DNA of 64,000 bases from Bacillota bacterium (GCA_012837715.1 DUQR01000035.1:10301-74300); one strand, 5' to 3'. Positions 28,862-38,585 are shown, counted from the first letter of the stretch. Made by a program: numbers and translations. The notes: a model not told the origin generated them from the sequence alone.

Positions 28862-29712
28862 CCCTTTTCTTGCTTTTAATCAGTAGTTATCTGCTGGTCC
28901 AAGCTACATTACCCCTTATTGCCCGTCTGCTCACGAAGGCAGGAATGCTTAAGGAAAACTACCGGCAAGAGTTAATTCCGGCCACACTAGGACTGATCTT
29001 TCCTTTGGTCCTTCCCGTTTTTTTCCTAATGGAGCAGGGTTTAGAGCTCCTTGGTTTTGCTCTGGGACTGAACTGGGGACTCTTTTATGCTTTCCTGTTT
29101 TATACCACCGGCTTTGGTCTTCTGGGGTTAGCCGATGACCTCTTAAAAAACGATGAAGCGAAAGGCATCCGCCAACATCTATCCGTACTCTGTCGGGGTG
29201 AATTAACCTCCGGCGGGGTAAAAGCCCTTTTCGGTTTGGTCTTCAGCATAATGTTTAGCCTTGGGGTCCACTTAATCAGGGACGGAAGTTGGTGGCTGCT
29301 CATCCCGCAAATCTTGGTGGCTGCTCTGGCTCCGAATATCCTTAATCTGTTTGACCTGCGTCCAGGAAGAGCAGTCAAAGTTTTCCTTGCCGGAATGCTC
29401 CTCCTAATGGTAAACTCTTATTTAGACAAAGGATTGAATACCACCTTATATCTTGGAATTCCTATTTTGGGGGCCGTTCTTTCCTACTTACCTTTCGATC
29501 TTAAAGGCCAAGCTATGCTCGGTGATACGGGGGCAAATTTTTTAGGAGGAGCCTTCGGTTCTTTGGTGGTTTTAGATGGTGATCCTCTTTTTTTAGGGTT
29601 AACCCTTTTAATTTTTATCGGTTTACAACTAATGGCGGAAAAAATCTCTTTTACTCAGTTAATTGAGAAAAACCGGATTTTAAAGTTTTTAGATGATATG
29701 GGGCGGGAATAG
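28858..29712 (+). CDS. Polytopic membrane protein, MraY/WecA-like (GT4 polyprenyl-phosphate sugar-1-P transferase family, divergent)
   Basis: About 9 TM helices with GLADDL and GDTGANFLGGAFG motifs resembling MraY/WecA. The start forms a 4-nt overlap with the upstream GT2 gene. Confidence 0.6.
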   Translation: MTLFLLLISSYLLVQATLPLIARLLTKAGMLKENYRQELIPATLGLIFPLVLPVFFLMEQGLELLGFALGLNWGLFYAFLFYTTGFGLLGLADDLLKNDEAKGIRQHLSVLCRGELTSGGVKALFGLVFSIMFSLGVHLIRDGSWWLLIPQILVAALAPNILNLFDLRPGRAVKVFLAGMLLLMVNSYLDKGLNTTLYLGIPILGAVLSYLPFDLKGQAMLGDTGANFLGGAFGSLVVLDGDPLFLGLTLLIFIGLQLMAEKISFTQLIEKNRILKFLDDMGRE

Positions 29713-30564
29713 ATGCGCATTGGAGTACATGTTTCAATTGGGAAAGGACTGCGCCAAGCAGTACAAACGGCTAAACATTTGGGGTGCGATGCTTTTCAAA
29801 TTTTTATTGGTAACCCGCGCGGCTGGAAAAAGAAACCTTTAGCCGACCAGGAAGTCGTAGAATTTCGCCAAGCAGTGCAGGAAACCGGCTTAGGCCCGGT
29901 AGTGGTTCACCTTTCTTACTTACCCAATCCGGCCGCCGAAGATGAGGCTTTATACGAAAAATCCATCTTGGGAATGGCCGAAGAGTACCAGCGGGCGGTG
30001 ATGATTGGGGCCGATTATTTTGTGGTCCATCCAGGTAAAAGAGGCCGACAGGATCAGGAAAAAGCCCTACTCAAAGTGGCGCGCGGCGTAAGAGAAATCC
30101 TTAAACAAGTGGAAGGTCCTACCCTTTTCCTCCTGGAAAACCAGGCGGGGGCCGGGACCGAGGTTGGTGGAAACCTATCTCAATTGGTCCGGATTTTAAA
30201 GGAGATCGATCATCCGGAGCGGACCGGAATCTGTTTTGATACCTGTCATGCATTTGCCGCCGGCTATGAACTTCGAACCAAAGAGGGAATCGACTGCTTA
30301 CTTAAGGAAGTGGAATCCACGGTTGGCCTGAAGCGGATGCCTTTGCTCCATCTCAATGACGCCCTGGGTGCGCTAGGCTCCCATCTGGACCGCCATACCC
30401 ACATTGGTCAGGGGCAGATCGGGACCGAAGGGTTCCGACTTTTATTAACAGATCCGCGGCTTTCCGGCTTAACGGGGATCCTGGAGACCCCGCAGCAAAC
30501 ACCGGATGATGATCTGAAGAACATGGCGCTGCTTCGCCAATTAGCCTGTGGAGAAGCACGATGA
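29713..30564 (+). CDS. nfo: Endonuclease IV (deoxyribonuclease IV)
   Basis: AP endonuclease family 2 TIM-barrel motifs (FQIF, VVHLSYL, HPG, LENQAG, CFDTCH, HLND). Confidence 0.9.
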   Translation: MRIGVHVSIGKGLRQAVQTAKHLGCDAFQIFIGNPRGWKKKPLADQEVVEFRQAVQETGLGPVVVHLSYLPNPAAEDEALYEKSILGMAEEYQRAVMIGADYFVVHPGKRGRQDQEKALLKVARGVREILKQVEGPTLFLLENQAGAGTEVGGNLSQLVRILKEIDHPERTGICFDTCHAFAAGYELRTKEGIDCLLKEVESTVGLKRMPLLHLNDALGALGSHLDRHTHIGQGQIGTEGFRLLLTDPRLSGLTGILETPQQTPDDDLKNMALLRQLACGEAR

Positions 30565-32699
30565 ACCCGGAATTAGACCCCAAGCGAGCGTTAAGCCCCC
30601 ATGGGGTTTTTGCCGCCCGTTGGCCGCAGTTTGAGTACCGTCCGGCTCAGGAAGAAATGGCGGCTTTGGTCTGGAGCATCTGCCAAAAAGGCGGCTATGC
30701 TTTAATCGAAGCTGGCACCGGGACCGGAAAATCCTTGGCCTATCTTTACCCGGTCTTTTACGGGAACATCGAAAAGACTGGAATTAGCGGCCCGGTGATC
30801 ATTTCCACCCATACAATTAACCTTCAACAACAGCTATTTGAAAAAGAAATCCCGTTCTTGAACGAAACCTTAGGCGTCCCGATCCAAGCTGCTCTTTTAC
30901 TAGGGAGAGGTAACTATTTGTGCCTTCGAAAATTGCATTATTTTCGGCAAAACCCCCGCCTTTTAGAGGACGGTCTCCACAGTTGCTTTACACGGGTCTG
31001 GACTTCCGCCCAAAGGCAAGTGGGTTCGGTTGAACAATTGGGTTACGCTCTACCGTTAGCTTTAAAAGAAAAAATAACATCCGAAGGGGCAACTTGTTTA
31101 CGCAAACATTGCCCTTTTCAGCAACGATGCTTTTGGATGGCGGCGCGGAAAAAAGCCTTCGCCGCGCAAGTAGTGATTGTTAACCATCATTTATTCTTTA
31201 CCGATCTGGCTGTCCGGCGCCAACGGGAATTTAACGATGAAGGCTTAGTGCTGCCCCCTTACCAACTGGTGATCTTTGATGAAGCCCACCATTTGGCGGA
31301 GGTGGCGGCAGAACATTTAGGCACCCGGATCGACCAAAAAGAAATTAACCATTTTTGTCACCGTTTGTTACATCAAGAGGGAAAATGGGGGCGGGGTTGG
31401 CTTCCTTCTCTCCGGCAACGGCTAATCGGTGCCGTAAAAGATTTAGCATTAATGCAGAGATTGATCGGGATCATGGACGGTGGACTAATGCCCGGTTTGC
31501 GAAAGCTGGAAACCCTCTTTAACGGTTTTTTTCTCTCTTTAGCCTCCCATGAAGGGCTAGCGGCTTCCTTATTTCAGGGCAACGATATTAAACGCCGTTT
31601 TACCTCTAATCTGTTAGCGAATCCCGATCTGAATGGTCAAGTTACCCGTCTGTTGGCAACCCTTGACGAATGGACCGGGCAGCTTTCCCGTTTTGTTGAT
31701 GGTTTACCCGAGGAGGAAGCATTACGGGAAGACTTTATTTTTCTGGCGGAGGCGGGACATTTCTTTACTGGCATTGCCGCAAACCTACCACTCCTGCTGG
31801 ATGGTAGAGATGACCACTTTGTTTTTTGGTTGGAAGGGCGACCGGAGGGCGAGTTGGCAGTCTGTGCCACTTTGCAGCGGGTTCCTCTAAACTTAGGTGA
31901 GCTCTTGTCCCGAGAATTATTTACTCAACTTCAAGGAGGAGTCTTAACTTCAGCCACCTTAGCGGTGGAAGGAGAATTTAGTTACATTAAAGAGAATTTA
32001 GGTTTGTCATTGTTACCGACCGGTACTTGCCGGGAAGTGATCCTCCCATCGCCCTTCAACTATCAAGAGCATGTATTAGTCATCGTGCCCTCCGATTTAC
32101 CTTCGCTGGAAGATCCCAACTATCTAAAAGCCGTTTCGCTACTGCTCCCCTCAATCATCGAGGCCGCCGGAGGCCGTAGCCTTCTTCTTTTCACCAACCG
32201 GCAACAGATGAATCAGATTTATGCCCGGATCTCCTGCCCCTTAAAAGCTGCTGGAATCCAACTCCTGCGCCAAGGCGAAGAGCCCCGTCATCATCTCTTA
32301 AGCAAGTTTATCCGCTCCCCCAAAACTGTGTTGATGGGGATGGATAGTTTCTGGGAAGGGGTAGATATTCCGGGACCCCAATTATCAAACGTGATCATTA
32401 TGCGTTTACCTTTCCGGGTACCGACGGAACCCCTCTTTCAAGCCCAATGGGAAGCCTTGGCCAAGGAAGGGAAAGATCCCTTTCTCCATCTGAGCCTCCC
32501 TGAGGCCGTAATCAAATTTAAGCAAGGATTTGGCCGCTTGATTCGTACCCAAACCGACCGGGGGGTAGTAGTTGTTCTCGACCAAAGAATCAAGACGAAA
32601 AGATATGGCCGGGTCTTTCTCCGCTCGATTCCCGGCGGGAAATTAATCACTGCTCCCCAGACCGAACTGGCGTCGCTGATCCAAAAATGGCTGACTTGA
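30561..32699 (+). CDS. dinG: DinG/XPD-like ATP-dependent DNA helicase
   Basis: Walker A AGTGTGKS, DEAH box (IFDEAHHL), Cys residues in the Fe-S-like insert, and a C-terminal helicase domain. The start forms an ATGA overlap with nfo. Confidence 0.85.
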   Translation: MNPELDPKRALSPHGVFAARWPQFEYRPAQEEMAALVWSICQKGGYALIEAGTGTGKSLAYLYPVFYGNIEKTGISGPVIISTHTINLQQQLFEKEIPFLNETLGVPIQAALLLGRGNYLCLRKLHYFRQNPRLLEDGLHSCFTRVWTSAQRQVGSVEQLGYALPLALKEKITSEGATCLRKHCPFQQRCFWMAARKKAFAAQVVIVNHHLFFTDLAVRRQREFNDEGLVLPPYQLVIFDEAHHLAEVAAEHLGTRIDQKEINHFCHRLLHQEGKWGRGWLPSLRQRLIGAVKDLALMQRLIGIMDGGLMPGLRKLETLFNGFFLSLASHEGLAASLFQGNDIKRRFTSNLLANPDLNGQVTRLLATLDEWTGQLSRFVDGLPEEEALREDFIFLAEAGHFFTGIAANLPLLLDGRDDHFVFWLEGRPEGELAVCATLQRVPLNLGELLSRELFTQLQGGVLTSATLAVEGEFSYIKENLGLSLLPTGTCREVILPSPFNYQEHVLVIVPSDLPSLEDPNYLKAVSLLLPSIIEAAGGRSLLLFTNRQQMNQIYARISCPLKAAGIQLLRQGEEPRHHLLSKFIRSPKTVLMGMDSFWEGVDIPGPQLSNVIIMRLPFRVPTEPLFQAQWEALAKEGKDPFLHLSLPEAVIKFKQGFGRLIRTQTDRGVVVVLDQRIKTKRYGRVFLRSIPGGKLITAPQTELASLIQKWLT

Positions 32700-32757
32700 C
32701 CGTTTCCGATTTAGCCAGCGCCGGTCAGACCATTGGTTTCTAGCTATTTTGTACAAG

Positions 32758-32785
32758 AAAAGGAAGCGTTGCGCTTCCTTTTTTG
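32758..32785. terminator. Bidirectional intrinsic terminator between convergent dinG and potD
   Basis: AGAAAA-GGAAGCG-TTG-CGCTTCC-TTTTTT. Confidence 0.8.
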
Positions 32786-32874
32786 TCTTTTAGGTATTTA
32801 TAATGCATCGTTATGGCCGAAAGGCGTTTCAACCGAAAATCAACTAAGAGAATAGGTGATTCTTCCCTTTGCCT

Positions 32875-33921
32875 TTAATGGGCTTTTACTTCGGTCCAGA
32901 TCCGGTCATAGACCTTTAAATAATCGCCCAGATCTTTAAAGATGTCATAATTGACCAAATCTTCTTCCTTAGGATAAGCAGCCGGATCATTGAGCAGAGC
33001 AGGATCGAGCATCTTCTTCACTTCCCGGTGGGGACTGGAGTAATCGATATAATCCGCATTCTTAAAGGCGATCTCCGGCTCACACATGAAGTTGATGAAT
33101 TTTTCCGCTTCCGCTTTGTGTTTGCTGGTTTTCGGCACCACCATCGCGTCGAACCAAAGGTTGCTTCCTTCCCGGGGAAGAGCATACTCCAGATCGGAAC
33201 TTTCCTGCTTCATATTGACAGCATCTCCCGACCACACCACGGCCAAAGCCGCTTCCCCGGCGATCATTTTGTCTTTAACATCATCCCCAACGTAAGCCAA
33301 GACCAATGGTTTTTGTTGAATCAAGGCCTCTTTGGCTGCTTCCAGTTCCTCTAGATTACGGGTGTTCATATCGTAGCCTAACATTTTGAGGGCGACACCG
33401 ATGGAATCCCGTTGGCTGTCCAGCATGAGAATCTGCTTATTGTACTTTTGGTCCCAGAGGATCCGCCAACTGGTGACCGGTTCGTCGACCATGGTTTTAT
33501 TATAAAGAATCCCGACGGTACCCCACATATACGGGACAGAATATTCATTTTGGGGATCGTAATCCAGGTTTTTAAACCTTTCCTCGATGTATTTATAGTT
33601 AGGAATATTGTTAAAATCCAACTTCGCCAACATGTCTTCCTTGATCATCCGCTCGATCGTGTAATCGGAGGGGAAAAGGACATCATAATTGGCGCCTCCC
33701 GATTTAATCTTAACATACATATCTTCATTGGTACTGAAGGTATCATAGTTGACGCGGATGTTGTATTTTTTCTCAAAGGTATCAATGACTGACTCATCGA
33801 TATAATCTCCCCAGTTGTAGACATTCAAGACGACCCGTTTGTCCTGGCCACAGGAACTTAGCACCAAAACCACCAGCATTAACATGATTACCCCCAGGAA
33901 GAGGCGGCCTTTTTTGTTCAT
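32875..33921 (-). CDS. potD: Spermidine/putrescine ABC transporter substrate-binding lipoprotein
   Basis: Lipobox LSSCG, a PotD-like sequence (NVYNWGDYID..., PYMWGTVGI), and last position in a potABCD-order operon. Confidence 0.9.
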   Translation of the reverse strand: MNKKGRLFLGVIMLMLVVLVLSSCGQDKRVVLNVYNWGDYIDESVIDTFEKKYNIRVNYDTFSTNEDMYVKIKSGGANYDVLFPSDYTIERMIKEDMLAKLDFNNIPNYKYIEERFKNLDYDPQNEYSVPYMWGTVGILYNKTMVDEPVTSWRILWDQKYNKQILMLDSQRDSIGVALKMLGYDMNTRNLEELEAAKEALIQQKPLVLAYVGDDVKDKMIAGEAALAVVWSGDAVNMKQESSDLEYALPREGSNLWFDAMVVPKTSKHKAEAEKFINFMCEPEIAFKNADYIDYSSPHREVKKMLDPALLNDPAAYPKEEDLVNYDIFKDLGDYLKVYDRIWTEVKAH

Positions 33922-33927
33922 TATTCT

Positions 33928-34707
33928 TCACTCCTTTTTTTTATTTTCACCGGACATCCTGAGATTAACAATTATTAATAAAAGTAAAACCGTTAGGAAC
34001 AAAAGACTGGACAAGGCGTTAATTTTGGGATTAATCCCTCTCCGGGCCATGGAGTAAATAATGATGGATAGGGTGGAAACCCCGGAACCGGTGGTAAAGA
34101 AACTAATGACGAAATCATCAACGGAAAGGGTGAAGGCAAGTAGAAGTCCGGTGAACACCCCAGGCATAATCTCGGGAAGAATAACTTTCCGGTAGGCTTC
34201 AAAGGGGGTCGCCCCCAGATCCAATGCTGCTTCATACAGATGTTTATCCAATTGTTTGAGTTTAGGCATCACCGAAAGAATGACATAGGGAATGTTAAAA
34301 GTAATATGGGCCAAAAGGAGCGAGACGAAGCCTAGTTGAAAATTGGAAAAAACAAACAATAGCATCAAAGAGAGCCCGGTCACAATATCAGGGTTAACCA
34401 CTGGAATATAGGTCAGGTTCATCACGATCGTTTTCTTCAAGCGCTTCATATTATGAATGCCAATGGCGGCTGCTGTACCAATCACCGTCGCGATCACCGC
34501 AGAGAGAACGGCAATAATCATCGTGTTGGACAAGGCTTTCATAATCTGCCGATCCTTGAATAATTGCAGATACCAGTTGAAGGTAAAGCCTGCCCAAGTA
34601 CCCCTTGACTTGGAAGCGTTAAAGGAAAAAACGATCAGGATGAGGATGGGCGCGTATAAAAACAGATAGATTAAAGCCGCATAACCTTTTTTTAAAAACC
34701 GTTTCAC
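33928..34707 (-). CDS. potC: Spermidine/putrescine ABC transporter permease
   Basis: Six TM helices and the EAA loop (EAALDLGATPFEAYRKVILP). Confidence 0.9.
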   Translation of the reverse strand: MKRFLKKGYAALIYLFLYAPILILIVFSFNASKSRGTWAGFTFNWYLQLFKDRQIMKALSNTMIIAVLSAVIATVIGTAAAIGIHNMKRLKKTIVMNLTYIPVVNPDIVTGLSLMLLFVFSNFQLGFVSLLLAHITFNIPYVILSVMPKLKQLDKHLYEAALDLGATPFEAYRKVILPEIMPGVFTGLLLAFTLSVDDFVISFFTTGSGVSTLSIIIYSMARRGINPKINALSSLLFLTVLLLLIIVNLRMSGENKKKE

Positions 34708-35528
34708 AAGAGCCCACCCCCTTCATTTTCCTTTTCGTACTTGGACATCACACCGATACTTAAGAGGATAACCGCCATCATGACCATAGAAATCGCCGAA
34801 CCGAAACTCCAATCGCCGACCAGTAAAAATTGTTGTTCAATTAGATTTCCGATTAAGGTAAATTGTCCTCCCCCCAACAGCCGGGAGATGACAAAGGTAG
34901 TCACGGCGGGCATAAAAACCATGGTGATTCCGGAGATGACGCCCGGGAGACTTAAGGGGATAATCACTTTCCGGAAAACCGTAAACCCGTCGGCGCCCAG
35001 GTCCTCAGCAGCTTCAATCAGATTTTTATCGATTTTACTGAGGACGGAATAGATCGGGAGAACCATAAAAGGAAGAAAATTATAGACCATCCCTAAAATA
35101 ACGGCCTCTTCTGTATAAAGGAGATTTAAGGGCGAAAGGCCAAGCCAAGAAAGGAAGGTATTGATCAGACCGGTCTTTTCCAATAAGGTCATCCAAGCGT
35201 AAGTGCGGAGTAAAAAATTCATCCACATTGGCACCACAAAAAGAAAAACCATGATGTTCTTCTGTTTAAAGTGATTACCGGCTAAAATCATCGCCATCGG
35301 GTAGCCTAAAAGCAAACAAAGAAGTGTACTGATCAAGGCCAATTTAACCGACCGGAAAAGTACTCTTAGGTAGATCGGTTCCAGAAACCGGCGAAAATGC
35401 TCCATCGTAAAACTGATTCCTTCCTCCGTCCGGACGGTAATGCTGTAGAAAAGGACAAGGAGAAGAGGAAGGAAGATGAAAAGCAGCATCCAAAGAAGAT
35501 AAGGATAACTCAGCCAGTTTCTCTTCAT
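34704..35528 (-). CDS. potB: Spermidine/putrescine ABC transporter permease
   Basis: EAA loop ([20 protein letters not shown]). The start at MKRNW forms an ATGA overlap with the potA stop. The track ORF carries a spurious 33-codon extension. Confidence 0.9.
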   Translation of the reverse strand: MKRNWLSYPYLLWMLLFIFLPLLLVLFYSITVRTEEGISFTMEHFRRFLEPIYLRVLFRSVKLALISTLLCLLLGYPMAMILAGNHFKQKNIMVFLFVVPMWMNFLLRTYAWMTLLEKTGLINTFLSWLGLSPLNLLYTEEAVILGMVYNFLPFMVLPIYSVLSKIDKNLIEAAEDLGADGFTVFRKVIIPLSLPGVISGITMVFMPAVTTFVISRLLGGGQFTLIGNLIEQQFLLVGDWSFGSAISMVMMAVILLSIGVMSKYEKENEGGGLL

Positions 35529-36571
35529 TTCGCGGCCACCTTTTTCATAATGTGAATAGCTTCCGGTTCTATTTTCAAGCCGACGTTTGCGCCAACCGGG
35601 GCCATATCTGTGCTTTGGATCTTCCAACGAATGGCATTAGCGCCGACAATCATCTCGTAGTGTACCCCTTTAAAGGTTACTGCGATTACTTCACCCTGTA
35701 ACTGGCTTTCCGCTGCGGCAACGACCTGAATATCTTCCGGACGGATGACCACATCGACCAGCTCTTGCTCGTTAAAGCCCCGATCAACGCATTTAAACTC
35801 GATACCGGCAAATTTGACCAAATAATCCCGGAGCATCGTGCCGCCGATGATATTGCTTTCACCGATAAAATCAGCCACAAAAGCATTCTTCGGTTCATTA
35901 TAAATATCAATGGGCGTTCCGATCTGTTGTATTCTTCCATCCTTCATCACGACGATCGTGTCAGACATGGAAAGGGCTTCTTCTTGATCATGGGTGACAT
36001 AGATAAAGGTGATCCCCAGTCTTTGTTGCATATTCTTTAGCTCAATCTGCATTTCTTGGCGTAATTTTAGATCAAGGGCGCCCAGGGGTTCGTCCAAGAG
36101 CAAAACTTCGGGCTCATTGACTAAGGCGCGGGCAATCGCCACCCTTTGTTGTTGTCCACCACTTAAGGAATCAATTTCCCGTTTTTCATAACCGGCCAGG
36201 TTAACCAAGGCGAGAATGTTCCGGACTTTTTGGGCAATCATCTTTTTATCCATTTTTTTGATCTTTAATCCGAAAGCCACGTTTTCAAAGACGTTCATAT
36301 GCGGAAAGAGGGCGTATTTTTGGAAAACCGTATTTACCTTCCGCTTATAGGGAGGAAGATCATTAATTTTAACTCCGTTGAAAAGAACTTCTCCCCGGCT
36401 GGGCGCTTCAAAGCCGCCAATAATCCGGAGGGTAGTGGTTTTTCCACACCCACTGGGCCCAAGGAGGGTCAGAAACTCGTTTTTTCGGATATAAAGATTG
36501 ATGTTGTTTAGTGCTTCCGTACCGTTATAGTCCTTTGAGACATTGACTAAATTAATGATATGTCCCTGCAT
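35525..36571 (-). CDS. potA: Spermidine/putrescine ABC transporter ATP-binding protein
   Basis: Walker [10 protein letters not shown], signature LSGGQQQR, Walker B LLLDEP, and a C-terminal TOBE-like domain. The start at MQGHIINL follows a G-rich RBS. Confidence 0.92.
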   Translation of the reverse strand: MQGHIINLVNVSKDYNGTEALNNINLYIRKNEFLTLLGPSGCGKTTTLRIIGGFEAPSRGEVLFNGVKINDLPPYKRKVNTVFQKYALFPHMNVFENVAFGLKIKKMDKKMIAQKVRNILALVNLAGYEKREIDSLSGGQQQRVAIARALVNEPEVLLLDEPLGALDLKLRQEMQIELKNMQQRLGITFIYVTHDQEEALSMSDTIVVMKDGRIQQIGTPIDIYNEPKNAFVADFIGESNIIGGTMLRDYLVKFAGIEFKCVDRGFNEQELVDVVIRPEDIQVVAAAESQLQGEVIAVTFKGVHYEMIVGANAIRWKIQSTDMAPVGANVGLKIEPEAIHIMKKVAAK

Positions 36572-36614
36572 TCTACTACCCCCCGCGCTATAATCTTTGT
36601 CGAGAAAGCCCCCG

Positions 36615-37163
36615 TTAAAAACTTGGTGGTGTTGAAACCCATAGAACTTTAGCCTTTGTTGAACCGGGATTAGAAAGATAATGGCTAACAACCGCCTTAA
36701 AGTAAAAACTCTCGTTCTTCCTTACTTTAAAGACCTGGTTACCCAGGTGGAGATTGATGCTACCGGCTAAGATAAAACCAAACTCTTCCCCTTCATGGGG
36801 ATCATCCATTTTCGTGGCTCCTCCGGGTTCCACATTGAGTAAAATCGGCTCCATATGGTTTTTTTGGGAATTGGGGACAATCCACTGGACCTCGTATTTA
36901 AAATCGGGGTTCGCACGGATAAAAATATCATCTTTCTTAAATACGATCTTTTCATCAATAGCTTCGTTAAAAAAGTCTTTAATATTTGTTCCTAAACATT
37001 CCAAAATGTCGAGGAGAGTAGTAATAGAAGGTGAGGTTAAGTCCCTTTCCACCTGTGAAATAAAACCTTTTGACAATTCACAACGGTTGGCTAGTTCTTC
37101 TTGGGTAAGCTGGTTCCTGATCCGTAAACGTTTAATTTTATCCCCGATTTTCATACCTCTCAT
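36615..37163 (-). CDS. XRE-family HTH + cupin domain transcriptional regulator (PuuR-like)
   Basis: N-terminal HTH ([30 protein letters not shown]) and a C-terminal cupin ([10 protein letters not shown]...). It is the first gene of the pot operon. Confidence 0.85.
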   Translation of the reverse strand: MRGMKIGDKIKRLRIRNQLTQEELANRCELSKGFISQVERDLTSPSITTLLDILECLGTNIKDFFNEAIDEKIVFKKDDIFIRANPDFKYEVQWIVPNSQKNHMEPILLNVEPGGATKMDDPHEGEEFGFILAGSINLHLGNQVFKVRKNESFYFKAVVSHYLSNPGSTKAKVLWVSTPPSF

Positions 37164-37194
37164 CCTATCCGTTTTTTAATTAAATTAAACTTTA

Positions 37195-37213
37195 AGTTTA
37201 CCATAGCTAAACT
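37195..37213. promoter_or_regulatory. Candidate operator palindrome in XRE-regulator/pot operon leader
   Basis: AGTTTA-N7-TAAACT inverted repeat lies between the predicted TSS and the regulator start codon. Confidence 0.3.
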
Positions 37214-37227
37214 CAATAACGAACAAT

Positions 37228-37256
37228 ATTATAAGCAGATCAGGAAGGAGAGTCAA
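37228..37256 (-). promoter_or_regulatory. Sigma-A promoter of XRE-regulator-potABCD operon
   Basis: On the minus strand: TTGACT, 17-nt spacer, TATAAT. Confidence 0.7.
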
Positions 37257-37313
37257 GAGCTTTTTTTATTTTTTTTTGGAAGATTAGAAACCATTAATTG
37301 AAACGGTAATGAC

Positions 37314-37427
37314 GAGGCTAAAGACAAGCATTAAAAAGAATTGCCTACAGTATGTCGTGTTTACCTTGGATCAAGCGATCAATATCTTGGATTAGAATTG
37401 TTAAAGCCAAGGAGAACGCAAAAAGCC
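37314..37427 (+). repeat. Intergenic repeat family, copy C (near full length, 5' terminus diverged)
   Basis: ...CATTAAAAAGAATTGCC...TTACCTTGGATCAAGCGATCAATATCTTGGATTAGAATTGTTAAAGCCAAGGAGAACGCAAAAAGCC aligns along most of copy B. Confidence 0.8.
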
Positions 37428-37674
37428 TAAAACCGGGATTAGCTGGGGATTTTTGAGCGTAAGGGGGAACGATGGGAATAATCATTACGTGGGGAAGTGA
37501 GAGAAGGTATAATTGAATTTTCAACGAATTAATATTGTAGTGAAGGGAATTGCATATTGATCGCATCGCTCCATGGCCGATATAAAGGCTTCTATCGTGT
37601 CTTGCTTCAGCTTTGCTTCTCTTGGCTGTCGTATGCGTTTCCTTGACAAAATTACCGGAAAAAGGGGTGTCAAA

Positions 37675-38100
37675 ATGAAAGGGGCAGAATTCCGTGGTTT
37701 GATTGCTACCATCTTATTCAGCGCCTTTGCCGTGATGGCCGTCTTTTCTCTCTTGGACCCATTCATTGCGGATACTACTGAAACGTTAACCGTGAACACA
37801 GAAAAATATTATATTAACCTTGGGTGGCTCCAGCTATATTTTGCTACTTTACTTATCACATTCGTCCTGATCATCTTTTTTATGGAAAAAAACCAAGTGT
37901 GGGCTTTAATTCTGGGACTAGTTTTAGGATCCATCCCTCTGCTTGAGCACTATCGGCTTCCCAGTGTGGTTCAGGTTTTGAACCTTTTTGAACAAGGCGC
38001 GGCGAAGAATATCCAAACCTACATACCTTATCTGGCCATTCTCCTTGGTGCGCTTGTAGTTTTTGGGCTACTTAAAATCACCAATCGTATTCTCAGGTAG
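37675..38100 (+). CDS. Small hypothetical membrane protein (about 4 TM helices)
   Basis: AAGGGGTG RBS 6 nt before the ATG, hydrophobic segments throughout, and a terminator hairpin downstream. No family recognised. Confidence 0.55.
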   Translation: MKGAEFRGLIATILFSAFAVMAVFSLLDPFIADTTETLTVNTEKYYINLGWLQLYFATLLITFVLIIFFMEKNQVWALILGLVLGSIPLLEHYRLPSVVQVLNLFEQGAAKNIQTYIPYLAILLGALVVFGLLKITNRILR

Positions 38101-38145
38101 TCGCTCACGCTACTACCACTTTATGTTTCTTCCTAACCAAAAAGC

Positions 38146-38178
38146 GGTGCGCGACTTTCTGTCGTGCGACCCGTTTTC
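38146..38178. terminator. Hairpin terminator after small membrane-protein gene (usable in both directions)
   Basis: GGTGCGCGAC-TTTCT-GTCGTGCGACC followed by CGTTTT. The opposite strand has GCTTTTT after the same hairpin. Confidence 0.6.
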
Positions 38179-38411
38179 GAACCCCACTTAAAATTAAGGT
38201 AGTGACTTGAAACGGTTTCTGCAAGCGCAATGAAGTGAAGAAATAATAAAGCCGGGTGAGTCGACAAGCATCAAAGGCGTTTGGGTAGCAAAGAGCGCTT
38301 CTAGCCCCGGCTGGGTAAATGCGGGTCAAGATCCCCTTTCATCCGAGGAACGAGCGACGAGGGTATTTTCCAGATCCGATTCGGGTGTAGGTGGAAAGAG
38401 GAAACCGGAAC

Positions 38412-38470
38412 AAAAAAGAGGAGGAGCGTTTTCGCTGCCCAAAGGCAGGTAGCTCTCCTCTTCTTTATTT
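38412..38470. terminator. Strong bidirectional hairpin in non-coding gap
   Basis: AAAAAA-GAGGAGGAGC-[nested CTGCC-CAAA-GGCAG]-GCTCTCCTC-TTCTTTATTT. In the minus orientation the hairpin is followed by TTTTTTG. Confidence 0.6.
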
Positions 38471-38546
38471 GGGTAATAACGGAAAAAGTAAAGTATTTCC
38501 CGGTTGGGAGCTTCATAACCCAAACGCAGATCGGGTTAATTTATTA

Positions 38547-38575
38547 TTGACATCTAGTAGATAACCATTTACAAT
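38547..38575 (+). promoter_or_regulatory. Sigma-A promoter of GntR-family regulator gene
   Basis: TTGACA, 17-nt spacer, TACAAT. Confidence 0.75.
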
Positions 38576-38585
38576 TAGGATAAAT

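Noticed and set aside
38358-38388. TPP-riboswitch-like stretch on the minus strand (ACCCGAATCGGATCTGGAAAATACC compared with the recalled ACCC..GAACCTGATCTGGATAATGCC).
   Set aside because: The obligatory CTGAGA box and the P2/P3 context are absent upstream, and no thiamine-related gene lies downstream on that strand.
38105-38523. Three short minus-strand ORFs (74, 71 and 65 aa) in the 38.1-38.5 kb gap.
   Set aside because: They run through strong terminator-like hairpins and two of them overlap each other in different frames. None has an RBS or recognisable motifs.
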